This document shows positions 17,867 to 35,669 of a stretch of DNA of 64,000 nt, piece by piece. Origin of the DNA: an uncultured bacterium. Lineage in GTDB: Bacteria > Desulfobacterota > Binatia > UBA1149 > CAITLU01. The stretch spans positions 20,157-84,156 of the forward strand of contig CAITLU010000011.1 of assembly GCA_903893315.1 (NCBI GenBank), given 5' to 3'. The translations under genes and the position numbers were made by a program. The notes below the pieces were generated by a model that had not been told where the DNA came from, made no database searches, and saw only the letters and a program-made list of their open reading frames with translations. Within the stretch, counting starts at the first letter, position 1. The number at the start of each line of letters is the position of its first letter.

Positions 17867-18808
17867 TCAGCGCGCGTTCGCGTCGTCGGAGCTGCGCTGA
17901 ACCGCCGGACTCGTCGCAGCCAGAGCCGGCGCACGGTTTCCTGCCACCGCGTCGATGTTCTTGAACAGCCGGAAAAAATCACTGTCCGGCGAAAGGATCG
18001 CGGTGGTGCCGCTGCCGAGCGTATTGCGATAAGCCTCGAGAGTCCGGACGAACTCGTAAAACTCGGGGTCGCGGCCGTAAGCGTCAGCGAAAATCGCCAC
18101 GGCCTTCGCGTCGCCATTACCGCGAGTCACCTCAGATTTCTGCCTGGCATCGGCCATCAGGATCTGTACCTGCTTGTCTGACTCCGAGCGGATCTTGCGC
18201 GCCTCTTCATCGCCCTCGGCGCGAAACTTCTTGGCCAGACGTTCGCGTTCGGTGCGCATGCGCTGAAAGACGTTGAGTTCGTTCTTCTCGGGCAGATCGA
18301 CTCGCCGAACGCGCACGTCGACGACCTCGATGCCGTAATCGCGAGCCCTCTCGTCGCTGCGGGCAGTCACGTCGCGCATCAGCTCTTCGCGTTTTTCGCT
18401 GACGATCTCGCGAAGCGTATGGCGGCCGAGCGTCTCGCGCAGGTTCGAATAGATGACGTCGTCGAGACGCGACTGGGCCGAGGTTTCGTCGCCCACCGTA
18501 CGCAGGAACTTGAGCGGATCGACGATGCGCCAGCGCGCATAGTTGTCGACCACCAACTGCTGCTTGTCGCGCGTCAGGATTTCCTTGGGCGAGGTATCCT
18601 GGTCGAGCAGCCGACGATCGTAATAGATCACCCGCTGGACGAACGGCAGCTTCCAGTACAGCCCGGGCTCGTGCGCGACACGTACCGGTTCTCCGAGCTG
18701 CACCACCACCGCCTGCATCCACTGCGGCACTGTGAAAAGCGCAAGATTCCAGACCGCCAGCAGGCTTCCCAGGACGATCGCTATCCCAAACCAACGCCGC
18801 TCCATCAC
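17867..18808 (-). CDS. hflC: protease modulator HflC (SPFH domain)
   Basis: 313 aa with an N-terminal TM segment (FGIAIVLGSLLAVWNLALF) and an SPFH/band-7 core. It overlaps hflK by 4 nt. Confidence 0.85.
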   Translation of the reverse strand: MMERRWFGIAIVLGSLLAVWNLALFTVPQWMQAVVVQLGEPVRVAHEPGLYWKLPFVQRVIYYDRRLLDQDTSPKEILTRDKQQLVVDNYARWRIVDPLKFLRTVGDETSAQSRLDDVIYSNLRETLGRHTLREIVSEKREELMRDVTARSDERARDYGIEVVDVRVRRVDLPEKNELNVFQRMRTERERLAKKFRAEGDEEARKIRSESDKQVQILMADARQKSEVTRGNGDAKAVAIFADAYGRDPEFYEFVRTLEAYRNTLGSGTTAILSPDSDFFRLFKNIDAVAGNRAPALAATSPAVQRSSDDANAR

Positions 18809-19890
18809 TGGCCTCCACTACGCGGCGCCGTCTCGCCCGGCCGCCGATTCAGGAAAGGTTCCAACGGCAGATAAGGCACGGCCTGATGAGCAGCGAGGTC
18901 GTCGAGAATGATCTTGTTCATGCCCGGCAGCACCACTTCCATAGTCTCCAGATACAGACGCCGCCGCGTCACCTGCTTGGCCTTGGCGTATTCCTGCTGC
19001 AGCGCCACGAAGCGCTCGGCCACACCAGTGGCATCGCGAGTCTTGGCTGCCTGGTAGCCCTCGGCTTCGTTGATCAACTGGGCCGCTTCGCCGCGCGCTC
19101 TCGGGACGACGTCGTTGGCATAACCGGTGGCTTCGTTGATCAGCCTCTCCTTGTCCTGTTGCGCGCTGATTACGTCCTTGAAGGCATCGTTGACCTGATT
19201 CGGAGGAGCGACATCCTGGAGCTTCACGGTCACGACCTCGATGCCGAGGTCGTAGAGATCGAGAATCTTCTGCAGGACCTTCTGCGTGTCCTGCTGCACC
19301 TGCTCTTTACCTTCGGTGAGCACCTGATCGATGTCGGTGCGCCCGAGCACTTCTCGCATCGCCGCTTCGGCCGCGGCTTTCAGGGCGGTCTCCGGCTCGC
19401 GGACGTTAAAGAGAAAATCAGTCGTGCCGCTGGAATCGGCGCGCACCTTGTACTGCACGATGAACTCACAAGAGACGATGTTTTCGTCGCCGGTCAGCAT
19501 CAGAGCCTCTACCGGAACTTCCTGGTAGCGCGCCGGCGGCCCCTGCGTGACCGTACGAAAGCCGACCTCTTCCTTGCGGATGGCGGTCACGCTCGGCCTC
19601 AACACCGATTCGAACGGCCACGGCAGACGATAGTGCGGGCCCGACTCGGCCTCGCGCACCACCTTGCCGAAGCGAAGCACGACGCCGCGCTCATCGGGAG
19701 CGACGATGAAGATGCCGGTGGCGAGCCACATCAGCAGTCCGATGCCAAGCACCATGAAAGGGCTGGGACCGGGCCACGGTTTTCCGTCACGACTGGGCAG
19801 GCTCGAACGCACCTGCTCCATCAGCTTGCGCAGTTCGTCAACGGGGTCTTTGGGAGGAGTCTGGGGCTTCCATTCGAAAGGTCCGGGCAT
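18805..19890 (-). CDS. hflK: protease modulator HflK (SPFH domain)
   Basis: TM segment (FMVLGIGLLMWLATGIFIV) and an SPFH core with a coiled-coil region (ARGEAAQLINEAEGYQAAK). The start is set at ATG 19890. The longer ORF to 20031 would overlap recG. Confidence 0.85.
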   Translation of the reverse strand: MPGPFEWKPQTPPKDPVDELRKLMEQVRSSLPSRDGKPWPGPSPFMVLGIGLLMWLATGIFIVAPDERGVVLRFGKVVREAESGPHYRLPWPFESVLRPSVTAIRKEEVGFRTVTQGPPARYQEVPVEALMLTGDENIVSCEFIVQYKVRADSSGTTDFLFNVREPETALKAAAEAAMREVLGRTDIDQVLTEGKEQVQQDTQKVLQKILDLYDLGIEVVTVKLQDVAPPNQVNDAFKDVISAQQDKERLINEATGYANDVVPRARGEAAQLINEAEGYQAAKTRDATGVAERFVALQQEYAKAKQVTRRRLYLETMEVVLPGMNKIILDDLAAHQAVPYLPLEPFLNRRPGETAPRSGGQ

Positions 19891-19978
19891 GATGGAGCGA
19901 TTAGTGCGGGAGTAGCCCGGACAGTCAAGGCGAGCCGCGCGCTCAACCCGATCGGCCTTCTCAGAAGGACGGCCCCGC

Positions 19979-22123
19979 TCAGCCCACCTCGGCGAGCCCA
20001 AGCACAGATGACCAGCGCCTCTCGATCGCACGGCGAAGCTCGGCGGACTCGGGCTTTGCCAGGGTCGGATCCTGCTCGAGCCAGGCCAGCGCCTCGTTGC
20101 GAGCCAGCGTCAGAAGGTCTGCGTCACGCACCAGATTGGCGGCGCGAAAGGCCGGTGCGCCCGACTGCCGGGTGCCGAGATACTCTCCGGGCCCGCGCAG
20201 CTTGAGGTCAGCCTCCGCAATTTCGAATCCGTCGTTGGTGCTCTCCATCACGCGCAGACGTTCAAACGAATCGGCGCTCTGCCCCACGTCCGCGACCAGG
20301 CAGCAGAACGAGTCCAACGATCCGCGCCCCACGCGGCCGCGAAGCTGGTGAAGTTGCGCGAGGCCGAAACGCTCGGCGTGCTCGACCACCATGATGGTGG
20401 CATTCGGAACGTCGATGCCGACTTCGATCACTGTGGTCGCAACCAGCACATGGACGTCGCCGGCCTTGAAGCGGCGCATCACCGCGTCCTTTTCCGCCGC
20501 TTTCATACGGCCGTGAACGAGTCCGACCCTGAACTCGCGAAAGGCGCCTGCCTGGAGTTGCTCGGCCATGCTGGTCGCATCGGCCAGATCCATCGCCTCC
20601 GACTCCTCGACCAAGGGATACACGATGTAACACTGGCGACCCTCGCGAATCGCCGCCGCCATGCGTTCATGGAGACGCTCACGTGCCGCAGTGCGGATCA
20701 CACGTGTGGTTACTGGCCGGCGGCCGGCGGGAAGTTCATCGAGAAAGCTGACGTCCAGATCGCCGTACAGGGTAAGCGACAACGTGCGCGGAATCGGTGT
20801 CGCCGAAAGCAGCAGCGTATCGGCACGCGGAACCGTCTGCTCGCCGCTGCTCGATGCGCCGCCGTGAATGGCGGCGCGCTGCAGCACGCCGAAGCGGTGC
20901 TGTTCGTCGACTATCGCCAGCCCCAGACGCGCGAATTCAGTAGACTGCTGGATGAGGGCGTGGGTGCCGACGACCAGTTGCGCGTGCCCGGAAGCTACGG
21001 CCTCGCGCACTTCGCGCGCGGCGGCGCTTCGAAGGCTGCCGGTCAACAGACGGATTTCGATCCCGTCAGCCTCGGCCCAAGGACGCATGGTCGCGAAATG
21101 CTGCTCGGCCAACAACTCGGTCGGCGCCATCACCGCCACCTGATAACCGGCGGCGATCGCCTGCAGCGCCGCGGCGAACGCGACCACGGTCTTGCCGCTG
21201 CCGACATCGCCGTGAACCAGCCGGCTCATCTGCTGAGGCCTGGCCATGTCGGCGGCGATCTCGTTCACAACGCGCCTTTGCGCCTGAGTCGGCACGAACG
21301 GAAGCCTTTCGAAATAAGCGCGAATACGCTCGTCGGACCGCGCCATCGCGATGCCGACCTGCCTGCTGCGCTCGGCTTTGCGCAGCGTCATGCCGATCTG
21401 CAAAGCGAACAGCTCTTCGAATATCAGCGTCCTGTGCGCCGTGCTAGCCGACTCGGCCAGCAAAGTGATGTCAGCGTCACCTGGAGGCGCGTGGACGTAG
21501 CGCAGCGCCTCTGCCACCGGCATCAACGATGCGCGTGCGCGCACCGGCTCCGGCAATACGCTGCGCGCACTTGCGGCCAGTCCCTCGACCACCTGCGTGA
21601 CGATGCGCCGCATCGCGGCGATCGGGATCTCGCCGGGCTTCTGGTAAACCGGGAGCACCCGCGCGAAGCCGGCCGCGGCCGCTCGCACGTCGCCTGCGCT
21701 GCCCGCGCCAGGCCCGATCGCTTCGATTTCGGGATGCACGATCTGCAAACCGCCGCGCGGCGCGGCCTCGACGCGGCCGTGCACCAGCCACAACGCCTCT
21801 TCGTTCAGACGCTCCTTGAAATAGCCGGTCTGGTGAAACCACAGCAACTCGGCCCAGCCGCTTTCGTCGGTCAACAGTGCCCGCAGCAGCGCGCCCCGGC
21901 GTCCCTGACGGCGATGCTCACGCACGCCGCCGATGCGGCCGACAACGTTCACTTCACCGCCCAGTCGCGCGGCTTGCAGTGTCGTGATAGTGCGCCGGTC
22001 TTCGTAGCGAAACGGCAGGTGAAAGAGCAGATCCTCGAGCGTGCGCAGACCCGCCTTCTCGAGCATCTCGCCGCGGCGCGGACCTACGCCCTTCAGGAAC
22101 TGTACTGAGTCTTCGAGCTGCAC
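19979..22123 (-). CDS. recG: ATP-dependent DNA helicase RecG
   Basis: 714 aa. Wedge/OB N-terminal domain, Walker A HGDVGSGKTVVA, the DEQHRFGV box, and helicase C motifs QLHQLRGRVGRG. Confidence 0.9.
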   Translation of the reverse strand: MQLEDSVQFLKGVGPRRGEMLEKAGLRTLEDLLFHLPFRYEDRRTITTLQAARLGGEVNVVGRIGGVREHRRQGRRGALLRALLTDESGWAELLWFHQTGYFKERLNEEALWLVHGRVEAAPRGGLQIVHPEIEAIGPGAGSAGDVRAAAAGFARVLPVYQKPGEIPIAAMRRIVTQVVEGLAASARSVLPEPVRARASLMPVAEALRYVHAPPGDADITLLAESASTAHRTLIFEELFALQIGMTLRKAERSRQVGIAMARSDERIRAYFERLPFVPTQAQRRVVNEIAADMARPQQMSRLVHGDVGSGKTVVAFAAALQAIAAGYQVAVMAPTELLAEQHFATMRPWAEADGIEIRLLTGSLRSAAAREVREAVASGHAQLVVGTHALIQQSTEFARLGLAIVDEQHRFGVLQRAAIHGGASSSGEQTVPRADTLLLSATPIPRTLSLTLYGDLDVSFLDELPAGRRPVTTRVIRTAARERLHERMAAAIREGRQCYIVYPLVEESEAMDLADATSMAEQLQAGAFREFRVGLVHGRMKAAEKDAVMRRFKAGDVHVLVATTVIEVGIDVPNATIMVVEHAERFGLAQLHQLRGRVGRGSLDSFCCLVADVGQSADSFERLRVMESTNDGFEIAEADLKLRGPGEYLGTRQSGAPAFRAANLVRDADLLTLARNEALAWLEQDPTLAKPESAELRRAIERRWSSVLGLAEVG

Positions 22124-22169
22124 GGCGCGCGGCTTCCTGGCGATTCCTACGTGCGCCGTGCCACGGTCG

Positions 22170-25397
<3,228 letters not shown>

Positions 25398-25400
25398 CGG

Positions 25401-26576
25401 TCAACTAGCCTCGGGCAGGTTACGGTCACTGCATACGCGCAGCGAGCGCTCGTTGCCGCCGCTCGAACGTGTCTGCATGGAATCGAGAAAACGTTGGAAC
25501 AAGGGCTCGGCGTCGTGCGGCCCAGGCGAAGCTTCAGGGTGGTACTGCACCGAGAACACCGGCAATTCGCGGTGGGCGAGCCCCTCCACCGTGCGATCGT
25601 TCAGATTGACATGGGTCACCTGGACATCGTGCGGCAGCGAATCGGGATCGACCGCGAAGCCGTGGTTCTGCGAAGTGATCGCGACTTCGCCGCTGCGCAG
25701 GTCCATCACCGGCTGATTGCCGCCGTGGTGTCCGAACTTCATCTTGAAGGTCCGGGCACCGAGCGCGAGCGCGAGAATCTGATGTCCCAGGCAGATGCCG
25801 AAGGTCGGCATCTCGCGCGCCAGTTCGCCGACGACTTCAACCGCGCCGCGCACCGCGTCGGGATCTCCCGGACCGTTGGACAGGAAGAGACCGTCGACGC
25901 CGAGAGCCCGCACGTCGGCAGCAGAGGTTCCGGCCGGCACTACCACGACACGGCACCCGCGAGCCGCGAGCGAGCGAGCGATGTTCAACTTGAGACCATA
26001 GTCGAACGCGGCGACCAGCGGCCCGTCTCCCGCGCCTTCGACGAATCCGCGATCGAGAGCCCAGGTACCTCCGATCCAGCGATATGGCTTCGCGGTGCTC
26101 ACGCCGCTGGCCAGATCCTGTCCCACCAGGCTCGGCCTCATCGCCGCCTCGTGCACCAGCGCCGCCTCGTCGACTTCGCCGGTAGCCATGATCGCCTGTT
26201 GTGCGCCGTGATCGCGAATGTGACGGACCAACGCGCGCGTGTCGAGCCACTCGATGCCGACTATTCCATGCTCGCACATGTAGTCGCCGAGCGAACGCTC
26301 GGACCTCCAGTTGCTCGGGCGGTTCCAGTACTCCTTGACCACGAATCCGCGCACGAAAGGCCTGGCCGCCTCGACATCCTCGCGATTGATCCCGACGTTG
26401 CCGATCTCCGGATACGTCATCACGACGATCTGGCCGTCGTACGAGGGGTCGGTCAGAATTTCCTGGTAGCCGGTCAGCGAGGTATTGAACACGACCTCAC
26501 CGCCGATCTTGCCTTCAGCGCCGAAACCGCGCCCGCGAAATATGCGGCCGTCAGCCAATGCGAGCGTTGCCTTCAC
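25401..26576 (-). CDS. carA: carbamoyl-phosphate synthase small subunit (glutamine amidotransferase)
   Basis: [22 protein letters not shown]-terminus, and GATase Cys in [16 protein letters not shown] 26576 overlaps the pyrC stop in a GTGA junction. Confidence 0.9.
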   Translation of the reverse strand: MKATLALADGRIFRGRGFGAEGKIGGEVVFNTSLTGYQEILTDPSYDGQIVVMTYPEIGNVGINREDVEAARPFVRGFVVKEYWNRPSNWRSERSLGDYMCEHGIVGIEWLDTRALVRHIRDHGAQQAIMATGEVDEAALVHEAAMRPSLVGQDLASGVSTAKPYRWIGGTWALDRGFVEGAGDGPLVAAFDYGLKLNIARSLAARGCRVVVVPAGTSAADVRALGVDGLFLSNGPGDPDAVRGAVEVVGELAREMPTFGICLGHQILALALGARTFKMKFGHHGGNQPVMDLRSGEVAITSQNHGFAVDPDSLPHDVQVTHVNLNDRTVEGLAHRELPVFSVQYHPEASPGPHDAEPLFQRFLDSMQTRSSGGNERSLRVCSDRNLPEAS

Positions 26577-27916
26577 TCCGTGTGCTCCCAAACCGTTACG
26601 CCGCCCACCAGCGTGCGCACGACTCTGCCTTTCATCTTCCAACCGTCAAAGGGTGTGTTGCGGCTCTTCGAAACCATCGTCGCCGCCGTCAGCGTCCACT
26701 CGCGCTCGGGATCGAACAGCACCAGATCCGCGACCGCGCCCGGCTCCAGGGTGCCGCGCTCGATCCCCAAAATGCGCGACGGCGCCGGCGCCAAAGCGTC
26801 GATCAGGCGAGTCATCGACAGATAGCCTGCGCGCACCAGTTCGAGCGACAGCGGCAACATCGTTTCCAGACCGAGGATGCCGAAAGCGGCCTTGTCGAAC
26901 TCGCAGACCTTTTCGTCGCGGTGATGCGGCGCGTGATCGGTCGCAATGGCGTCGATGGTGCCGTCGGCAAGTCCTTGCCGCACCGCCTCGACGTCGCGCG
27001 CGGTGCGCAGAGGCGGCTTCATCTTGGCGTTGGTGTTGTAGCCGTCGACCGCGCTCTCCTCCAGGATGAAGTGGTGTGGCGCGGCTTCGGCGGTGACCGC
27101 CAGCCCTTCGGCTTTGGCCCGCCTCACCATTTCGACAGCTTCGGCGCAGGAGATGTGCGCAATGTGTAGCCGGCCGCGTGTGGCGCGTGCCAATTCGATG
27201 TCGCGCGCCACCATCACGGATTCGCCGGCCGAAGGCATGCCGCGCAGCCCCAGACGCACAGACACGGTTCCTTCGTTCATCACCGCGCCGCAGCACAACC
27301 CCGGGTCTTCCTCGTGAACGATCACCGGAATATCGAACATGCGCGCGTACTCCAGAGCGCGCCGCATCAACGAGCTGTCGGCCACCGGCATGCCGTCGTC
27401 GGAGACGGCGACGATCCCGGCCTCGACCATCTTGCCGAACTCGGCCATGCGCTCGCCTTTGAGTCCGACCGACACGGCACCGATCGGATAGACGTTCGCG
27501 TAGCCAGCCTCCGCGCCCTTGTCGATGATGTACTTGGTTACCGATGCATTGTCGTTGACCGGATCGGTGTTGGCCATGCAGGCCACCGACGTAACGCCCC
27601 CGGCAACGGCCGCTCTGGTGCCGGTCTCGATCGTCTCTTTGTACTCGTAGCCAGGCTCGCGCAGGTGCACGTGCATGTCGACGAAACCAGGCGCGACAAT
27701 CAGCCCTCGTGCGTCGATCACCGGAACATCCGAGCCCATCCCAGGCATCGCGAGCTGCGCTGGATCCAGTGACCCAGGACTGCCGACCCCGACCACACGG
27801 CCGTGCTCGATCAACACGTCGAAGAGTCCGTCGCGCCCGGAAACGGGATCGACGAGGTGCCCACCGCGCACGAGCAGAGCCGGCGGCGCGGTATTTCTTT
27901 GGTTTCGAGTCGTCAT
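26573..27916 (-). CDS. pyrC: dihydroorotase
   Basis: Metal-binding [12 protein letters not shown] and DHAPH. The start is set at ATG 27916 (MTTRNQ...[11 protein letters not shown]). The ORF is open to GTG 27943. Confidence 0.85.
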   Translation of the reverse strand: MTTRNQRNTAPPALLVRGGHLVDPVSGRDGLFDVLIEHGRVVGVGSPGSLDPAQLAMPGMGSDVPVIDARGLIVAPGFVDMHVHLREPGYEYKETIETGTRAAVAGGVTSVACMANTDPVNDNASVTKYIIDKGAEAGYANVYPIGAVSVGLKGERMAEFGKMVEAGIVAVSDDGMPVADSSLMRRALEYARMFDIPVIVHEEDPGLCCGAVMNEGTVSVRLGLRGMPSAGESVMVARDIELARATRGRLHIAHISCAEAVEMVRRAKAEGLAVTAEAAPHHFILEESAVDGYNTNAKMKPPLRTARDVEAVRQGLADGTIDAIATDHAPHHRDEKVCEFDKAAFGILGLETMLPLSLELVRAGYLSMTRLIDALAPAPSRILGIERGTLEPGAVADLVLFDPEREWTLTAATMVSKSRNTPFDGWKMKGRVVRTLVGGVTVWEHTE

Positions 27917-27963
27917 TGTCCTATCCGTCAACCTCAGCCGCACAAATCGTCACGATGCCCCGC

Positions 27964-29868
<1,905 letters not shown>

Positions 29869-30531
29869 CTATGGAATGCGCATGCCCATGCGGCCCAAGC
29901 GCGGCCGAAAGGCGTCGGAATCCCACGACCAGTACAGAACGAACGCCTTGCCGAGAATTTCGTCGATCGGCACGGTTCCCCAGAAGCGGCTGTCGTGACT
30001 GTGGTCGCGGTTGTCGCCCATCACGAACACCTGGCCTTCGGGCACGGTGAACGGCCCGAAGTTGTCGCGCGCACTGCCCGGATAGACCCGCGAACCAGGC
30101 TCAAAGTAAGCGTGCGGATCTTCGATCTTCTCGCCGTTGATGTAGACGACCTTGTCCTTCACCTCGATGGTTTCGCCCGGCAGGGCCTTGACCCTCTTGA
30201 TGAAGTCCTTGGTCTTGTCTTCGGGATAGATGAACACGATCACGTCGTCATGCTGCGGCTTGAAGAAACTCAGCACGCGCTTGCCGACGAACGGGATGCG
30301 CACCCCGTAGACGAACTTGTTGACCAGCAGGTGATCGCCGACTTCGAGAGTCGGCAGCATCGAACCGCTCGGAATCTTGAAGGCCTGAACGATGAAGGTG
30401 CGTATGAACATGGCGAGCAGGATCGCCATGCCGAAGGCTTCGACGTACTCGCGAAACGCCGACTTTACGGGTTGCTGCGGTTCGGAGACGGCTTCCTTGC
30501 CCCCCGCGGTCTTGGCCACGTTCTTACTCAC
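29869..30531 (-). CDS. lepB: signal peptidase I
   Basis: 220 aa with a TM segment, catalytic Ser in PSGSMLPTL, Lys box, and [14 protein letters not shown]. It overlaps the lepA stop by 8 nt. Confidence 0.9.
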   Translation of the reverse strand: MSKNVAKTAGGKEAVSEPQQPVKSAFREYVEAFGMAILLAMFIRTFIVQAFKIPSGSMLPTLEVGDHLLVNKFVYGVRIPFVGKRVLSFFKPQHDDVIVFIYPEDKTKDFIKRVKALPGETIEVKDKVVYINGEKIEDPHAYFEPGSRVYPGSARDNFGPFTVPEGQVFVMGDNRDHSHDSRFWGTVPIDEILGKAFVLYWSWDSDAFRPRLGRMGMRIP

Positions 30532-32323
30532 CTACTTTCAGCACGGCCAGGAAGGCCTCTTGAGGAATCTCCACGGAGCCGACCTGCTTCATCCTCTTCT
30601 TTCCCTCTTTCTGTTTTTCGAGCAACTTGCGCTTACGCGAGATGTCGCCGCCGTAACACTTGGCGGTGACGTTCTTGCGCAGGGCCTTGACCGCCTCGCG
30701 GGCGACGATCTTGCTGCCGATCGCGGCCTGGATGACGATCTCGAACATCTGCCTGGGAATCAGTTCCTTCATCTTCTTGGCCAGTTCGCGCCCGCGCGGA
30801 TATGCCCGGTCGCGGTGGCAGATCATCGACAGCGCGTCGACCTTGTCGCCGTTTATCAGCAGGTCGAGTTTGACCAGCGGCGAGACCCTGAACCCAATGG
30901 GTTCGTAGTCGAGCGATGCGTAGCCGCGCGACACCGACTTCAAGCGGTCGTAGAAGTCGTAGACGATCTCCGACAACGGCAACTCGTAGTGGACGATGGC
31001 GCGCCCGGTGCTCGGGAATTTCAGGTCGGTCTGTGTACCGCGCTTGTCCTCGCACAGCGCCAGCACGGCTCCGAGATAGTCGGGCGGCACGTGGATGGTG
31101 GTGGCGACATAGGGCTCGGCGATGCTCTCGACCCTGGCAAGATCGGGGAGCTTGGCCGGGCTGTCGATTTCGATCACCGACTCGTCGGTAAGCGTCACCT
31201 GGTAGACCACCGTCGGCGCGGTGGTGATGAGACTCAGCCCGAACTCGCGTTCGAGCCGCTCCTGGGTGATTTCGATGTGCAGCAGCCCGAGAAACCCGCA
31301 GCGAAATCCGAAACCGAGCGCGGCCGAAGTCTCGGGTTCGTACGAAAACGAGGAGTCGTTCAGCTTGAGCTTCTCGATCGCGTCGCGAAGCTGCTCGTAA
31401 TCGGCGCTGTCGATCGGGTAGATGCCGGCGAACACCATCGCCTTGACGACCTTGAAACCCGGCAGTGCCTCCGCACAAGGTCTCTCGGCCAACGTCATCG
31501 TGTCACCGACGCGAGCTTCGATGATGTCCTTGATCGCGGCTGCGACGAAGCCCACCTCACCAGCTTCCAGATGCGGCACTTCGATGGGGCCGGGCCGGAA
31601 CACGCCCAGGCGCGTCACTTCATAGTCGCGCGTGGCGCCGAGCAGCCGGATACGGTCTCCCTTGCGCACCACCCCGTCGAACACGCGCACCTGAATGACG
31701 ACGCCGAGGTAGGGGTCGAACCAGGAATCGAAGACCAGCGCCTTGAGCGGTGCTCCCGGCGTCTCGGTTGGAGGCGGAACGTGCTCGATGATGGCTTCGA
31801 GCACGCGGTCGACTCCGACCCCGGTCTTGGCGCTCACCTCGACGGCCCCGGATGCGTCAATGCCGATCACGTCCTCGATCTGCCTGCGGGTCCCCTCGGG
31901 ATCCGCCGACGGAAGATCAATCTTGTTCAGGACCGGAATGATCTCCAGATCGTGATCCAGCGCCAGATAGACGTTGGCCAGGGTCTGGGCCTCCACTCCC
32001 TGGCTGGCATCGACTACCAGCAACGCGCCTTCACAGGCCGACAGCGATCGCGACACTTCGTAACCGAAGTCGACGTGTCCGGGAGTGTCGATCAGGTTCA
32101 AGGTATAGGTCAGCCCGTCCTTGGCCTTGTAGTAGAGGCGCACGGCCCTGGCCTTGATGGTGATGCCGCGCTCGCGCTCCAGATCCATGTCGTCGAGCAT
32201 CTGCGCGCTGCTCTCGCGGGCGGTCACCGTCCCGGTCAGTTCGAGCAGGCGATCGGCCAACGTCGACTTGCCGTGGTCGATATGGGCGATGATAGAGAAG
32301 TTACGGATTGTAGAGACGGGCAT
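30524..32323 (-). CDS. lepA: translation elongation factor 4 (LepA)
   Basis: 599 aa. [33 protein letters not shown], and the LepA-specific C-terminal domain. Confidence 0.95.
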   Translation of the reverse strand: MPVSTIRNFSIIAHIDHGKSTLADRLLELTGTVTARESSAQMLDDMDLERERGITIKARAVRLYYKAKDGLTYTLNLIDTPGHVDFGYEVSRSLSACEGALLVVDASQGVEAQTLANVYLALDHDLEIIPVLNKIDLPSADPEGTRRQIEDVIGIDASGAVEVSAKTGVGVDRVLEAIIEHVPPPTETPGAPLKALVFDSWFDPYLGVVIQVRVFDGVVRKGDRIRLLGATRDYEVTRLGVFRPGPIEVPHLEAGEVGFVAAAIKDIIEARVGDTMTLAERPCAEALPGFKVVKAMVFAGIYPIDSADYEQLRDAIEKLKLNDSSFSYEPETSAALGFGFRCGFLGLLHIEITQERLEREFGLSLITTAPTVVYQVTLTDESVIEIDSPAKLPDLARVESIAEPYVATTIHVPPDYLGAVLALCEDKRGTQTDLKFPSTGRAIVHYELPLSEIVYDFYDRLKSVSRGYASLDYEPIGFRVSPLVKLDLLINGDKVDALSMICHRDRAYPRGRELAKKMKELIPRQMFEIVIQAAIGSKIVAREAVKALRKNVTAKCYGGDISRKRKLLEKQKEGKKRMKQVGSVEIPQEAFLAVLKVGE

Positions 32324-32361
32324 CGGGTATTACGGCCACAGAAGCGACCGAATCCAGTCGG

Positions 32362-33285
32362 CTACGGCCGTGACCGGAAAAAATCAACCGTTGCCGCCAG
32401 ACCCTCGTCCAAAGTTACCGTAGGTTTCCAACCGAGAACCATCTGCGCACGCGCCGGATCGAGCGCATTGCGGCGCACTTCGCCGTCTTTCGCCTCGACA
32501 TGCCGGGCCACGATATCACTACCGACCAGGCGTCTGATTCTGTCGTAGAGTTCGACCACGCTGGTTTCGCGCCCGGTGCCGATGTTGATCGGACCACACG
32601 CCGCCGGCGTCGCGATAGCTGCCAGATTGGCCCTGACAACGTCACCGACGAAAACGTAGTCGCGCGTCTGCAGGCCGTCGCCGTAGATCTTTCCGGTTTC
32701 GCCCTTGAGCAACAGTTTCGAGAAGATCGCTACCGCACCGGCTTCTCCGTGAGGATCCTGGCGTGGGCCGTACACGTTGGCGTAGCGCAGAGCCACATAG
32801 CGCATGCCGTGAACGCTGCGGTAGTACTCGAGGTAGTGCTCGCCTGTCAGCTTGCTCACGCCGTAGGGGCACAACGGAACAGTCGCCTGTCCCTCGGGAG
32901 TGGGCCACACGTCGACTTCCCCGTAGACGGTACCGCCCGACGAAGAGAACAGCACCAGCCCGGTGCCGGCGCCGCGCGCGGCCTCCAGCATCCGCACCAT
33001 GCCGAGCACGTTCACATCGGCGTCGTAGACGGGGTTCTCGACCGAAAAGCGCACGTTCATCTGTGCCGCGTGATGGCACAGAACGTCAGGCTTCTCCTCG
33101 GCGATGACACGCGCGGCCTCTTCACCGCGGATGTCCGCTTCATAGAAACGGGCCCCGGCAGGAACCTGCTCACGATGACCACTGGAGAGGTTATCTATGA
33201 CCGCTACGTCGTGCCCGGCGGCCAGAAACGCGTCCGCGAGGTTGGAGCCTATAAACCCCGCCCCACCCGTGATGACGATCTTCAT
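32362..33285 (-). CDS. NAD-dependent nucleotide-sugar 4-epimerase (GalE/UDP-xylose 4-epimerase-like SDR)
   Basis: 307 aa. [12 protein letters not shown] and the catalytic YGVSK (YxxxK). ATGA overlap with the upstream decarboxylase gene. Confidence 0.8.
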   Translation of the reverse strand: MKIVITGGAGFIGSNLADAFLAAGHDVAVIDNLSSGHREQVPAGARFYEADIRGEEAARVIAEEKPDVLCHHAAQMNVRFSVENPVYDADVNVLGMVRMLEAARGAGTGLVLFSSSGGTVYGEVDVWPTPEGQATVPLCPYGVSKLTGEHYLEYYRSVHGMRYVALRYANVYGPRQDPHGEAGAVAIFSKLLLKGETGKIYGDGLQTRDYVFVGDVVRANLAAIATPAACGPINIGTGRETSVVELYDRIRRLVGSDIVARHVEAKDGEVRRNALDPARAQMVLGWKPTVTLDEGLAATVDFFRSRP

Positions 33286-34223
33286 GCGTCTTTCAGCTTC
33301 TGCTGGAAGAAGCGGATGGTGCGCTCGAGCCCTTCATCGAGGCTGACCTTGGGCTCCCAGCCCAGGATGCGCCGCGCCCTGGTGATATCCGGCTGGCGTA
33401 CCTTCGGGTCATCGACCGGAAGATCGCGAAACACCACCCGCGACTTGGAACCCGCCAGATCGCGGATCTTGACGGCGAAGTCGTGGATCGACATTTCGGT
33501 GGGGTTGCCGAGATTGACCGGCATCGGCTCGTCGGACCACAACAGCCGCGTCAGACCTTCGACCAGATCCTCGACGAAGCAGAAGCTGCGCGTTTGCGAG
33601 CCGTCGCCGTAGACCGTGATGGCTTCGTCCTTCAGAGCCTGGCACATGAAGTTCGGCACCACACGACCGTCGCGCATGCGCATGCGGGGACCGTAGGTGT
33701 TGAAGATGCGCGCTATGCGGGTGTTCACTCCGTGGGTGCGATGGTAAGCCATCGTCAGCGCCTCGAGGAAACGCTTGGCCTCGTCGTAGACGCCGCGCGG
33801 TCCGATCGGGTTGACGTTGCCCCAGTAGTCTTCGCGCTGCGGATGTATCAGCGGGTCGCCGTAGACCTCGGAAGTGGACGCCACCAGGATGCGGGCGTTC
33901 TTCGCACGGGCGAGCCCAAGAGCCTTGTGCGTGCCGATCGACCCGACCTTGAGAGTCTGGATCGGCAATTCCAGGTAGTCGACAGGGCTGGCCGGCGACG
34001 CGAAATGCATGATCGCGTCGAGCGGCCCCGCTACATACAGATAGTTGGTGATGTCCTGCTCGAGGAACGTGAACTTGGGATTGACGAACAGGTGCGCGAT
34101 GTTGTCGCGGTCCCCGGTCAGAAGGTTATCGACGGCGATCACCTCGTGGCCGTCACCGAGAAAACGCTCGCAAAGGTGCGAACCGATGAAGCCGGCTCCG
34201 CCGGTGATTAGAACACGTCCCAC
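33282..34223 (-). CDS. UDP-glucuronate decarboxylase (UDP-xylose synthase)
   Basis: [51 protein letters not shown], and [16 protein letters not shown] 34223 is preceded by AAGGAGA. The ORF is open to 34313. Confidence 0.85.
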   Translation of the reverse strand: MGRVLITGGAGFIGSHLCERFLGDGHEVIAVDNLLTGDRDNIAHLFVNPKFTFLEQDITNYLYVAGPLDAIMHFASPASPVDYLELPIQTLKVGSIGTHKALGLARAKNARILVASTSEVYGDPLIHPQREDYWGNVNPIGPRGVYDEAKRFLEALTMAYHRTHGVNTRIARIFNTYGPRMRMRDGRVVPNFMCQALKDEAITVYGDGSQTRSFCFVEDLVEGLTRLLWSDEPMPVNLGNPTEMSIHDFAVKIRDLAGSKSRVVFRDLPVDDPKVRQPDITRARRILGWEPKVSLDEGLERTIRFFQQKLKDA

Positions 34224-34237
34224 GGTTTTCTCCTTGC

Positions 34238-35557
34238 CTACGCTGCCTTCACGGGAGGTCGCCCGATCGGGAAGTAGGTGAACCCTTTGGCTTGCATGTC
34301 GCGCGGTTCCCACAGATTGCGCCCGTCGAAAATCACGGGAGTCTTGAGCAACTGTTTCACGCGATCAAAATCCGGGTGTCGAAATTCGTTCCACTCGGTG
34401 ACGACGCAGAGCGCATCGGCGCCGGCCAACGCTTCGTAGTTCTTGGCGCAGTACGTGACGCGATCGCCGAACTCACCACGCGCGACTTCCATAGCCTCCG
34501 GATCGTGTACGTTGACCTTGCAGCCGGCGGCAAGCAGGTCTTCGACCAGACCGATCGCGGGCGCTTCGCGCATGTCGTCGGTGCGCGGCTTGAAAGCCAG
34601 ACCCCAGACCCCGAAAGTGCGGCCTGCCAGGTCGCCGTCGAAGTACTCGCGGATCTTGCCGAACAAGCGCCGCTTCTGCTTGTTGTTGACGTCGTCGACG
34701 GCGCGCATCAAGGAAAAATCCAGCCCCGCAGCTTCGGCCGTGTCGATGATGGCGCGCACGTCCTTGGGAAAGCACGATCCGCCGTAACCGAGTCCGGGGT
34801 AGAGGAAGTGCATGCCCAGACGCCGGTCGCTGCCGATTCCCTGCCGCACGTGGGCGATGTCGGCCCCCACCCTCTCGCACAGATTCGCGATCTCGTTGAT
34901 GAAGGAGATCTTGACCGCAAGCAGCGAGTTGGCCGCATACTTGGTCATCTCGGCGCTCGCGTTGTCCATCACCAGGATCGGCGATCCGCCGCGCACGAAC
35001 GGCGAGTAGAGATCTTTCATGATCCCGGCGGCCTTCTCGCTCGAAGTTCCGATCACTACGCGGTCGGGCTTGAGGAAATCCTCCACCGCCGCCCCTTCCT
35101 TGAGGAACTCCGGATTGGAGACGACGTCGAAGGGATGCTTGGTGGTTTCCGAAAGGATCTCGCGCACCACGGCAGCGGTACCGACCGGCACTGTGCTCTT
35201 GTTCACAACCACGCAGTAGCCGCTCATCGCGGCACCGACGTCGCGCGCAGCCTGATGCACGTAGCGCATGTCGGGAGCGCCGCCGTCGTCGCTCTGCGGA
35301 GTACCGACCGCAATGAAGCACGCGACCGCGGACTTCATTGCGCCAGCCACGTCGGTGGTGAAGGAAAGACGCCCTTCGGCAACGTTGCGGACGATCAGTT
35401 CCTCGAGACCGGGCTCGTAGATGGGAACTTCACCCGCGCGAAGCCGTCCGACTTTTTCCGCGTCGATATCGACACAGATGACGTCGTTGCCGCTCTCGGC
35501 AAAACACGTCCCAGCGACCAGGCCCACGTAGCCGGTCCCTATGACACAAATATTCAC
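34238..35557 (-). CDS. ugd: UDP-glucose 6-dehydrogenase
   Basis: [12 protein letters not shown] and catalytic Cys in [13 protein letters not shown] 35557 is preceded by AGGAGGA. The ORF is open to 35596. Confidence 0.9.
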   Translation of the reverse strand: MNICVIGTGYVGLVAGTCFAESGNDVICVDIDAEKVGRLRAGEVPIYEPGLEELIVRNVAEGRLSFTTDVAGAMKSAVACFIAVGTPQSDDGGAPDMRYVHQAARDVGAAMSGYCVVVNKSTVPVGTAAVVREILSETTKHPFDVVSNPEFLKEGAAVEDFLKPDRVVIGTSSEKAAGIMKDLYSPFVRGGSPILVMDNASAEMTKYAANSLLAVKISFINEIANLCERVGADIAHVRQGIGSDRRLGMHFLYPGLGYGGSCFPKDVRAIIDTAEAAGLDFSLMRAVDDVNNKQKRRLFGKIREYFDGDLAGRTFGVWGLAFKPRTDDMREAPAIGLVEDLLAAGCKVNVHDPEAMEVARGEFGDRVTYCAKNYEALAGADALCVVTEWNEFRHPDFDRVKQLLKTPVIFDGRNLWEPRDMQAKGFTYFPIGRPPVKAA

Positions 35558-35669
35558 CGCTCCTCCTAAATACCGAGCTAAAGTCCCGCCAGACAACGGC
35601 TTATCAGCCCAGGCAAGCGGCGGATACTAGCCGAGCAGCACCGACGCGGCAACCCCCGAAAGATGCGGA

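Noticed and set aside
30392-32548. A 718-aa + strand ORF opposite lepA. Similar long shadow ORFs lie at 972-2579, 20348-22108, 35736-37592, 46439-48004 and 57755-58663.
   Set aside because: Each is antisense or out of frame relative to a gene with clear family motifs. None shows a recognisable domain. All have the Arg/Gly/Ala/Pro-biased composition typical of non-coding frames in GC-rich DNA.
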